From a virus: a stretch of 64,000 nt of DNA. Numbering within the stretch: the stretch's first letter is position 1; every line of letters starts with the position of its first letter. Below are positions 1 to 7,982 of the stretch, piece after piece. Position numbers and translations under genes: made by a program. Under the pieces are notes generated by a model, which ran no database searches, was not told the DNA's origin, and worked only from the letters and a program-made list of their open reading frames with translations. Location of the stretch: positions 24,158 to 88,157 of IMG/VR virus record IMGVR_UViG_3300005253_002057; one strand, 5' to 3'.

Positions 1-40
1 TTGTAGTTGCTGCAGCTGTATATGCAAGCTTCACTAAGTG

Positions 41-208
41 ATGGATGCACTAATTTATCTTATAGACTTACTTCCCTTTAATCCAGCTGTTTTTCTTATC
101 TTTGGATTTATATTCTTAATAGTAGTAAGGATTTTATTAATTAAGCTAGTAATTGGTATATTCAAATTAGCCATAGGTGTAATAGGGGCTTTCTTTGGTA
201 GAATTTAA
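41..208 (+). CDS. small membrane protein (55 aa, not in ORF track)
   Basis: ATG overlaps the upstream TGA (TGATG); MDALIYLIDLLPFNPAVFLIFGFIFLIVVRILLIKLVIG..., hydrophobic. Confidence 0.6.
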   Translation: MDALIYLIDLLPFNPAVFLIFGFIFLIVVRILLIKLVIGIFKLAIGVIGAFFGRI

Positions 209-330
209 TTCTTTAGATACTGCATTTAGGCTACTGGGCACTATATTTAGTTTCCCCCCTGTATTCTTAGGTATTATGTTACTTATTATATTCTTTGCTA
301 TAAGAGGACGAACTAGTTAAGGCTGTGAAC

Positions 331-359
331 TTGACATTTATACCACATTCATATACAAT
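331..359 (+). promoter_or_regulatory. sigma70-type promoter
   Basis: TTGACA(331-336)-17 bp-TACAAT(354-359), upstream of the replication/recombination operon. Confidence 0.8.
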
Positions 360-387
360 GTATGGACAGTCGAAATTGGAGAAATAG

Positions 388-1425
388 ATGACCAGCCCTG
401 CACCAAAGCCTCCCGCTATCAAAAAGGCCCCAGCAAAAGCAACTTCCCTGGAAGAACTCATAACCCCCAATGATGAAGTGGAGTTTGCCCCTCGTTTACT
501 TATGGCTAACTTTGGAGGCCCTGGCTCTTTCAAAACTAGAATATTTGCTACGGCTTGTGAAGTAGAAGAAACCTCCCCCCTCCTTTATATCCCCTATGAA
601 CCTATACCTACTAGCATTCCAGATTTACTTGCAAGAGATGACTTTGATGTTCTTGAGCCAAGATTAAAGGCTGGTACTAAGAGTCTCTATAAATTTACTA
701 TAGAGGATATACTTCCTTTAATTGCGAAGTCTCAAGGAAAGTATAGAGCTTACTTCTTTGATGGTGTCTGCTCCTTAATGATGGACAGTGCTTTTGCTGA
801 TGCTAGAAGAGAATGTCATATAGCTGATTTATCTGCAGCATCTAGAAATTCAAAGCCCCCCACTCATTCTGAGGACTATCCTTGTAGACAGTGCTATAAC
901 AGACTTGTTCTTAAGGCTCAGATATTTATTTCTGGGATACGAGATTTATGGAAGTCAAATCCTGATGGTGCTGCACACATACTTATGTCCTTTAGAGAGA
1001 AGAACCATCAGACTGTTGAAGGAAAGGGCGACGCAGCTATTACTATAAGTACCTTCAAGGCTGATCTCCCAGCAGCTACTCTGAGAATGATGACTCATGA
1101 TATTCAGACATACTTTAGATTACAGTCAAGCTGGGGACCTGTTAAAGATGAGAAAGGGCAGCCTGTAAGGGGGGAAGGTGGAAGAGGCTTTGTGAGTGAT
1201 TATAGACTTAATATTACTGCTGCTAGAAGTGATGCAGTTGATGCAAGGGATAACTCAGGAAAACTTAAAGGGGCTGTTAATCTAGGAGGAAGGGATATAC
1301 ACTTCTTCGAGATATATAATAGAATGTATCCAGGACAAGGAACTAGAAAAGTAAAGGCAGAAGGGTTTGAGTTTTCAGTATTAGAAGAACCTGACTCAAA
1401 GGATAAGGCTGAGGCTACAGTTTAA
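388..1425 (+). CDS. Sak4/AAA_24-like P-loop ATPase (phage recombination/annealing)
   Basis: Walker A-like GGPGSFKT, Walker B-like YFFDG; next to SSB-like gene; GGAG RBS. Confidence 0.6.
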   Translation: MTSPAPKPPAIKKAPAKATSLEELITPNDEVEFAPRLLMANFGGPGSFKTRIFATACEVEETSPLLYIPYEPIPTSIPDLLARDDFDVLEPRLKAGTKSLYKFTIEDILPLIAKSQGKYRAYFFDGVCSLMMDSAFADARRECHIADLSAASRNSKPPTHSEDYPCRQCYNRLVLKAQIFISGIRDLWKSNPDGAAHILMSFREKNHQTVEGKGDAAITISTFKADLPAATLRMMTHDIQTYFRLQSSWGPVKDEKGQPVRGEGGRGFVSDYRLNITAARSDAVDARDNSGKLKGAVNLGGRDIHFFEIYNRMYPGQGTRKVKAEGFEFSVLEEPDSKDKAEATV

Positions 1426-1452
1426 CCCCAAGAATTGTTACAAGGAGGTAAC

Positions 1453-1875
1453 ATGCTTTCACGAGACCAGATGAAAGGACTTCCCCCAATACCTCAGGGG
1501 GAACATAGGTTCACAGTTTTGAGGGCTCAGAAAAGGCCCTCTTCCACAGGAAATCCCTCAGTTGAGGTAATCTTGGCTGTACCAGAGGACACGGAGACTC
1601 TAGGTCCAGAGTTCGTAGCAAGGGATACAAAGGTTACACTCTCACTTCAGGAGCAGGCGGCTTTCACCTTCGGAAACTTCGTAGCAGCAGTGAGTGGCTA
1701 TGCCACTGTTGACGAGTACTTCGACGGAGAAGATATCGAGGACTTCGATGCTAGCGCCTGGGATCCTGAGCCAGTAGTAGGTATGCAGATCATCGGGGTG
1801 GTCTCGCATCAGCTCTTCCAGGGTAGGACGACTCACCAGATCAGAGTCTTTAAGCCTGTCCCTGTCCCCGCCTAA
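1453..1875 (+). CDS. DUF669-like ssDNA-binding protein
   Basis: PIPQGEHRFTV...SSTGNP...VGMQIIGVV pattern; GGAGG RBS before ATG 1453; follows Sak4-like gene. Confidence 0.6.
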   Translation: MLSRDQMKGLPPIPQGEHRFTVLRAQKRPSSTGNPSVEVILAVPEDTETLGPEFVARDTKVTLSLQEQAAFTFGNFVAAVSGYATVDEYFDGEDIEDFDASAWDPEPVVGMQIIGVVSHQLFQGRTTHQIRVFKPVPVPA

Positions 1876-1931
1876 AGTTTAACACCGGTGCTGTAGCCTC
1901 AGCCCTATCTTTTGATTTAGGATAAAATTAA

Positions 1932-2648
1932 GTGAAAAGTCTTGTAATGTTAAGTGGAGGACTAGATTCAAGTACTAGTCTTGCTCGAGCTATTAGTCTT
2001 GGAGATAAGTGTGAAGCACTTTTTATTGACTATGGACAGCGCTCCTTAGTTGAGTATGAGTCTGCTGAGCTTATAGCTGAATACTATAAAGTAAGACTTG
2101 TTCCTGTAGAGTGCAGAGGGATGCTGCTTAAGTCATCTCTTATAAAGTCTGACAGTAATGAACTAAAGGAATTCTCAGTAGATGATGAGTTTACTGCTGA
2201 GGGTGATGCTTATGTACCAGGTAGAAACTTGATGCTAGTAGGTATAGGCTTAGCCTATGCAGAGTCAAGAAAGATGGATAGATTACTACTAGGTATAATG
2301 GGTGTTGAAGAAGAAGATGAAGACGACCCTATCTTAAAAGATCAACACCCTAAGTTTCTAAAAGCAGTTGAACAAGCTGCACTCTTTGCTAAAGATCCAG
2401 TTAAAGTAGATAGTTTATTACTTGATCTTACTTGGAGAAGGCAAGTTATAACTTTAGCAGCTGAACTAAAAGTTCCTCTAGGTTATACTTATTCTTGTTA
2501 CTGGGGAAAGCTAGCACACTGTGGTACTTGTGAGGCATGTGTAATTAGAATTTTATCTTTTAAGAGGGCTGGATATAAAGATCCATCCAGATACTCAGAA
2601 GAACAGGAATGGGAAGGATGTAAAGAATGGCCAATAGAGCTACAGTAA
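1932..2648 (+). CDS. queC: 7-cyano-7-deazaguanine synthase
   Basis: SGGLDS, DYGQR, YVPGRN, YSCY..HCGTCEAC motifs. Confidence 0.95.
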   Translation: MKSLVMLSGGLDSSTSLARAISLGDKCEALFIDYGQRSLVEYESAELIAEYYKVRLVPVECRGMLLKSSLIKSDSNELKEFSVDDEFTAEGDAYVPGRNLMLVGIGLAYAESRKMDRLLLGIMGVEEEDEDDPILKDQHPKFLKAVEQAALFAKDPVKVDSLLLDLTWRRQVITLAAELKVPLGYTYSCYWGKLAHCGTCEACVIRILSFKRAGYKDPSRYSEEQEWEGCKEWPIELQ

Positions 2649-3067
2649 GTTATAGCTGGGAATTCTCAGCAGCTCATAGACTGATGAATCACCCTGGTAA
2701 GTGTAAGAGACTTCATGGTCATAACTATTATGTCACCATAGAAGTAGAAGGAGCTATGGATAGAGAAACTGGAATGGTGATTGACTTCTCTATACTTAAA
2801 GACGCATCCAGGCATGTAGACGAGATTATGGATCATATGACTCTTCTACAAAGTACAGATCCTGTAGCAGAAGCCCTTGCTACTATTCAGCTAGAGGGAG
2901 ATATAGTCTTCTTTTCAGTTCCTCCTACAGTCGAGGCTATATGTGTACTAGTAGGAGAAGAGATTAAAATTGCCTTATCTAAGTACTCCCCTGCAACTAC
3001 TTATCCTCGACTTACTAAGGTCATTATAAAGGAAACAGAGACTGGAGTAGCAAGCATAACATTATGA
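2627..3067 (+). CDS. queD: 6-carboxy-5,6,7,8-tetrahydropterin synthase
   Basis: FSAAHRL, CKRLHGHNY, GMVIDF, DH, PTVE, ETET motifs. Confidence 0.95.
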   Translation: MANRATVSYSWEFSAAHRLMNHPGKCKRLHGHNYYVTIEVEGAMDRETGMVIDFSILKDASRHVDEIMDHMTLLQSTDPVAEALATIQLEGDIVFFSVPPTVEAICVLVGEEIKIALSKYSPATTYPRLTKVIIKETETGVASITL

Positions 3068-4404
3068 GTTTAACAAGAACAAGATTAACATTTCTTATGG
3101 TTTTCGGTGTTCTCAGTCTAGTATTACTTACTGCATGTACTACTGATGCTAGTAGAATTCGTGAGGCTAATAAAGCCTTTCGAGGGATAACAATTCCTGT
3201 TATTTCTACCCCTTCTATTCCTACCCCTTTTATTGTACCTTCTACTGGATCCTCATATGTTGAAGCTTATCCTGTATTTGACAATCCTCAGTTTCCGACT
3301 ATAGCTCCTTCAACCTCTATTCCTATTCCTACATCTTCCCCTACTAGTATTCCTACATCTTCTCCTACCAGCATCCCTACACCTTTCCCTACTTCTACTA
3401 GTGTTCCTACTTTAACTCCGCCTACAGCTACTTCAGTTCCTTCTACACCTACACCTCCTCCTATAGAAGCGGATATATCTGCTACTAGTTTGGAGGATGG
3501 AGACTGTGCTCGTAGTAACTTTACTGATGATGAAATACTTAGTGGTAATACTGTTAAGTTTTATGACTTCGTGCTTCTACCGTGTGACGGTCCTTGGCAA
3601 TTTCGAGTAGTTTCGTCGTTTCTAGTAGAATTAGATGCTGGTTATATTGGTTATCCGAGCGACGAGAAGTTTATGAGTCTAGCCCAGGATAACTGCAAGC
3701 GTACGTATACGCTTCCCTTTTTCCCATTGTTTGAGAGCTGGAGGCTTGGTGATAGAACAGTTCATTGTATACAGATGGATATGGGTATAGCTCATTCTGA
3801 CTTTGCTAGACTAGATAATATTATTGACCCCTACTTAGTTAAAGTAGAAGAATGCTTTAATGAGCTAGATGAGGGACTGGCTTATGAAATTCTATCGTGT
3901 GCTGGAGAATGGCAGTATCGTATAGTAGAAATTATAAGTCTAGCCTTGCTAGAAGAATTTCCAGGTGATGAGTATATTTGGACCAGAACACTTCAAGACT
4001 GTGATCGAAGAAGTTCTATGTATTTTCTTCCTACCCACGAGACTTGGATAGATGAGGGTGCTCGTCTTATCTATTGTGCTCAGGGAGGGCAAGGTCTAAG
4101 TGGCTATAGCCTGGAGCGAATAGATCGTATTGTTGGCGAGTATAAGCTTAATGCTGGAGAGTGCTATAATGAGGATACCAGCTATGCTTCTCCCTTAGTT
4201 GAAATAGTAGCGTGTGATGGCCCTTGGGAATATAAAATTCTAGATAGGCTTATACTAGATAGAGATGGACTGTATCCGGAAGATTTATACTTTGATACTG
4301 AAGTATTTAATCGTTGTAACCGTTTCTATGACTACTCTTTGTCCCCTACTCAAGAACGCTGGGAAGCAGGAATTAAGTATATTCTATGTATTCAAGAAAG
4401 ATAA
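3064..4404 (+). CDS. lipoprotein with Pro/Thr/Ser linker and repeated Cys-containing (septum-formation-like) domains
   Basis: Lipobox LLTAC; PTSSPTSIPT repeats; three repeats of C-x-G-x-W-x-(F/Y)...(Y/F)P...C...P-x-x-E-x-W. Confidence 0.75.
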   Translation: MSLTRTRLTFLMVFGVLSLVLLTACTTDASRIREANKAFRGITIPVISTPSIPTPFIVPSTGSSYVEAYPVFDNPQFPTIAPSTSIPIPTSSPTSIPTSSPTSIPTPFPTSTSVPTLTPPTATSVPSTPTPPPIEADISATSLEDGDCARSNFTDDEILSGNTVKFYDFVLLPCDGPWQFRVVSSFLVELDAGYIGYPSDEKFMSLAQDNCKRTYTLPFFPLFESWRLGDRTVHCIQMDMGIAHSDFARLDNIIDPYLVKVEECFNELDEGLAYEILSCAGEWQYRIVEIISLALLEEFPGDEYIWTRTLQDCDRRSSMYFLPTHETWIDEGARLIYCAQGGQGLSGYSLERIDRIVGEYKLNAGECYNEDTSYASPLVEIVACDGPWEYKILDRLILDRDGLYPEDLYFDTEVFNRCNRFYDYSLSPTQERWEAGIKYILCIQER

Positions 4405-4408
4405 CGCT

Positions 4409-5086
4409 ATGACTCTTATAGACACTGAGATTAAGGTAAGCGAGTTATTTACTTCTATACAAGGGGAAGGTAACTATGCTGGCTTTCCTACAACTTTTAT
4501 TCGATTATTTGGGTGTCCTCTTCGCTGTTCTTGGTGTGATAGCAAATATACTTGGGATAATAAAAGTAGATGGGAGCTATATTCTTTACAGGATATACTA
4601 AGGTATACACTCAGACAAAAGTCTAAATATGTATGCTTAACTGGTGGTGAGCCACTAGCAGACTATAATCTAGAACCTAGTAGATTAATTTGTGAAAGAA
4701 TTAGTCCGCACCGCAGTATTTCTGTAGAAACTTCTGGCTGCTTCATGTTACCTGGGTGGAGAAACTTGGTAGAGAGCTGGGTCTGGGATGTTAAACTTCC
4801 TGGGTCTGGTATGTTTGAAGAGAATGAATTAGATGAATTATCTAAGCTAGGTTTTAAGGATCAAGTTAAATTTATAGTAAAGGATTCCACTGACTTTGAG
4901 CAGGCTCTAGCTATATACAAAGAGTATAAGCTATCTTCAGTTAGTGGCTTGACAATACTATGGGCTCCGGTATATAATGAGTTAGATTTAAAGTGGTTTG
5001 CAGCTAAAGTGATTGCCCTGGGAGAAAATAATAGATTAAGCATACAAGTTCACAAATTAATTTGGAGAGAGAAAAGGGGAAAGTAA
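4409..5086 (+). CDS. queE: 7-carboxy-7-deazaguanine synthase (radical SAM)
   Basis: ELFTSIQGEG, CPLRCSWCDS, LTGGEP, VETSG, RLSIQVHK. Confidence 0.95.
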   Translation: MTLIDTEIKVSELFTSIQGEGNYAGFPTTFIRLFGCPLRCSWCDSKYTWDNKSRWELYSLQDILRYTLRQKSKYVCLTGGEPLADYNLEPSRLICERISPHRSISVETSGCFMLPGWRNLVESWVWDVKLPGSGMFEENELDELSKLGFKDQVKFIVKDSTDFEQALAIYKEYKLSSVSGLTILWAPVYNELDLKWFAAKVIALGENNRLSIQVHKLIWREKRGK

Positions 5087-5313
5087 TGTTAAGTTTGCTT
5101 CCAGTAGTAAGTTTTATAGGCTGGACAGTTATAGCCATAGCTGCAGTCTATACCTGGGGGAGAATGGTATCCAGACGTAGAAGGAATCCAGACTACGTAG
5201 AGTCTCTTAAAGCAGCTGGACAGTACCAGAGATATAAGCTAGGTCTATTCTTCGCCTTTATGCTGATGATGGTTGCGCTTGTATTTGCTGCAATCTCTTT
5301 ATCGTTCGTCTAG
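5086..5313 (+). CDS. small two-TM membrane protein
   Basis: TAATG coupling to queE; two hydrophobic segments. Confidence 0.6.
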   Translation: MLSLLPVVSFIGWTVIAIAAVYTWGRMVSRRRRNPDYVESLKAAGQYQRYKLGLFFAFMLMMVALVFAAISLSFV

Positions 5314-5316
5314 CCC

Positions 5317-5553
5317 TTGAGGGAGAAGTTAACTAGTTGGACCTGGTGGCGTGCATGGCTTAAACGCCAGCTTTCTTTCAAGGCTGGCGTTGAGGCCTTT
5401 TTAGCCTCCTTTGTCAAGGTTAGAACTAGACAAGAAAGAGGAATGAATAAAATAACCAAGGCATCTAAGATGTACTTAGGGATAGGACGTAGGGCTGAAA
5501 GGAGAAGGCTTGCTAGAAGAGGGCAAAGTAATAGAGGCACAGATAAAAAATGA
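5317..5553 (+). CDS. basic hypothetical protein (start uncertain)
   Basis: ORF fills the gap before folE. Confidence 0.35.
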   Translation: MREKLTSWTWWRAWLKRQLSFKAGVEAFLASFVKVRTRQERGMNKITKASKMYLGIGRRAERRRLARRGQSNRGTDKK

Positions 5554-6133
5554 GCAATTTGCTGATAGCTATGAGAAAATAAAAAGCTCTGTTCAAGGAC
5601 AATTAACTATAATGGGCTATGACTTAGCTAGTGATGGTCTAGTTGATACTCCTGATAGAGTTGCTAGAATGTTCTTTAGTGAGCTTTTTGTCACCGATAT
5701 AGATCTGAAAGACGTGTTATCTGTTACCTTTGACGAAGGTGATAGAGAAGGGACAGATGACTTAGTTGCTATGTCTAACATAAAGTTTAGTTCCTGGTGT
5801 GAACATCATATGCTACCTTTCTGGGGCGAAGCCTTTATAGCTTATGTTCCTAGGGAAAGGGTAGTAGGAATATCTAAGTTAGTTAGACTGGTAAGAGCTG
5901 CAGCTAGAGGGCTTAATATACAAGAGAGGATAACTCATAACGTAGCTGACTGCCTGGATGAGTACTTATCGGCTAAAGGAGTCTTGGTGGTTACAAGAGC
6001 AGTCCACTCCTGTATGATAGTTAGAGGAGTCAAGGGCTTTTCTGAGCAGCTTACTGTTTCTGCAGTTAAAGGACTTATGAAAGATTCTGGCACATTAAGA
6101 AGTGAGGCCCTTAGTTTATTAGGCTTGGCTTAA
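5510..6133 (+). CDS. folE: GTP cyclohydrolase I
   Basis: DTPDRVARM, CEHHMLPF, GISKLVR, IQERIT, HSCMIVRGV. Confidence 0.95.
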   Translation: MLEEGKVIEAQIKNEQFADSYEKIKSSVQGQLTIMGYDLASDGLVDTPDRVARMFFSELFVTDIDLKDVLSVTFDEGDREGTDDLVAMSNIKFSSWCEHHMLPFWGEAFIAYVPRERVVGISKLVRLVRAAARGLNIQERITHNVADCLDEYLSAKGVLVVTRAVHSCMIVRGVKGFSEQLTVSAVKGLMKDSGTLRSEALSLLGLA

Positions 6134-6135
6134 AC

Positions 6136-7152
6136 ATGGGCAGTATAGCAATAGCTACTAAAGAAAGGTTAATAGAAAAGCGGAAATCTTATAGATCAAG
6201 AAATCCTACTTCTTCCATAATATCTAGATGTGAGCGGTACATATGGTATAACATAACTGGCGCAACTCTTTATGGATGGCAGACTTTAGAACAGATGCTT
6301 ATTCTTAAAGAGGCTAAAGAAGTTCATGAAGACCATATGGTTGAAGTACTTAATGAGGCTGGATACCGTGTACATTCTAGAGAGGCTATATTAAAAAGAA
6401 CTGGCTCACGCTGGGATGGGCTTATCTTCTTTCAGAAGCAAGATTGGTTATTAGAGCTGAAGGCGTTAGGAGAATGGGCATTTACTCGTCTTAGAGAAAT
6501 GGGGCTAGAAAAAGGCTTTCCCCATTACTATGACCAGATACAAGATATGTTGCGCGAAGCCCCTTACTTACCTGGGGGAATACTTTTTGTTAAGCAAGTT
6601 TATCCTCCAGATTTTGAAGATGTTATAGTAAGACATGATCTTGATAGACAAGAAATTTTAGAAGAGAAAAGACAGAGAATTAAAGAATACTTAGCCCTAG
6701 AAGAGTCTCCCCCACGACCTTATAGTTATACTTCTTCTGAATGTCAAACTTGCCCAGCTATGTACACTTGCTGGGGTTCTATAGCCCAGACTGACGAAGG
6801 GGCAAAAATACTCACTCCTGGACTAGAACGTGAGGGTTCTGTTATAATGTCCGAGGAGGACAGAGGGGCTTTGAAGCAGCTAAGTGATGATTATATTCTT
6901 TACAAGGCACACGTATTCAAAGCTGAGAGTATGGAAAAGTCTATAAATGATAGAGTTATGGAGCTGCTGGAGAAATACTCATATAGAAGATTAAAGGGTT
7001 ATGGCTTCAGAGCCACCTTTAGTGCTAATGCTACTAAGACTAGGATAGATTATGCAAGACTTAAGCATGTAGTTAGTCCTAGATCACTAAAACTTACCAC
7101 TAGACTAGAGCCTAGTACTCGTTTAACAAAAGGACATGAGGTCTTTAAGTGA
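6136..7152 (+). CDS. Cas4-like PD-(D/E)XK exonuclease with Fe-S cysteines
   Basis: RCERYIWY, WDG..LELK, QIQDM, CQTCPAMYTC. Confidence 0.8.
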   Translation: MGSIAIATKERLIEKRKSYRSRNPTSSIISRCERYIWYNITGATLYGWQTLEQMLILKEAKEVHEDHMVEVLNEAGYRVHSREAILKRTGSRWDGLIFFQKQDWLLELKALGEWAFTRLREMGLEKGFPHYYDQIQDMLREAPYLPGGILFVKQVYPPDFEDVIVRHDLDRQEILEEKRQRIKEYLALEESPPRPYSYTSSECQTCPAMYTCWGSIAQTDEGAKILTPGLEREGSVIMSEEDRGALKQLSDDYILYKAHVFKAESMEKSINDRVMELLEKYSYRRLKGYGFRATFSANATKTRIDYARLKHVVSPRSLKLTTRLEPSTRLTKGHEVFK

Positions 7153-7979
7153 AAATTTGCATTATTAGTCCCATAGACTATCTAGAAGAGCTAAGTGTAC
7201 ATACTAATAGTCAGATGATGTTAGCCCATCTAGTGCTCAAGAGTCTTAAGTATAGAAACTTCTATAGGGCTATGGTCGAGCGTGGTGACTTCATAATGAT
7301 GGATAATAGCTTTCATGAGCTAAGAGAAGCCTTGCCTACTCTTGAGTTAGTTAAGGCAGTTGAATCCATAGGTAGAGTTGATGTAATGGTAGCCCCAGAT
7401 GTGTGGCCTAAGAGAACTGAAACAGAAATTCTCACTAAGATGTTTCTTGATGAGCCAAGAGTGCAAAGGCTTAGGTCAGAAGGTACAAGAATAATGTATG
7501 TAGCTCATGGAGGAACTATTGAAGCATTTAGCCTAGCTGCTCATTTTTGTAAGGCTCAAGACCTTGATTACATAGGTCTTAGTAGCGAGAATGCTAGTAG
7601 TGGGGGCTTATCCAGAGCAGAAGCTACTAGAGCTATATTAAAAGAAGGCTTTGAGGGAGATATACACTGGTTAGGTATAGGACAACCAGTTATGGCAGTT
7701 ATACAGGCTGCTTGTTCTGTAGGAGTGGCTAGTATAGATGGCTCTTCTCCTATAAAGATAGCAACCAGGGGATATCCTTTTGACTTCAGAGGCTCAGTAA
7801 AACCTACAATGGATTTAGAACAAGGTGAGTATACTGAGAGTATGATTATTAGATCAAAGGTTATTATCTCTCAGATGAAACAGATAGTTCTAGCTAAAGG
7901 TATTAGTAGTAAGGCTCAAACTGAGCATGAAAAAGTACTTAATAATCCTAGCCAGTGTGGAAGAGGAGATCCTCATTAA
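7149..7979 (+). CDS. dpdA: DpdA-like TGT-fold deazaguanine DNA transglycosylase
   Basis: MMDNSFHE, VAPDV, YVAHG, YIGLS, IHWLG, SIDGSSP match TGT-barrel motifs; sits between que/folE genes and DNA polymerase. Confidence 0.7.
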   Translation: MKICIISPIDYLEELSVHTNSQMMLAHLVLKSLKYRNFYRAMVERGDFIMMDNSFHELREALPTLELVKAVESIGRVDVMVAPDVWPKRTETEILTKMFLDEPRVQRLRSEGTRIMYVAHGGTIEAFSLAAHFCKAQDLDYIGLSSENASSGGLSRAEATRAILKEGFEGDIHWLGIGQPVMAVIQAACSVGVASIDGSSPIKIATRGYPFDFRGSVKPTMDLEQGEYTESMIIRSKVIISQMKQIVLAKGISSKAQTEHEKVLNNPSQCGRGDPH

Positions 7980-7982
7980 GTA

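Noticed and set aside
3300-3465. Tandem DNA repeats
   Set aside because: They simply encode the Pro/Thr/Ser linker of the lipoprotein
6136-7152. Cas4 as a sign of CRISPR-Cas
   Set aside because: No cas1/cas2 and no repeat-spacer array; it is a stand-alone viral exonuclease
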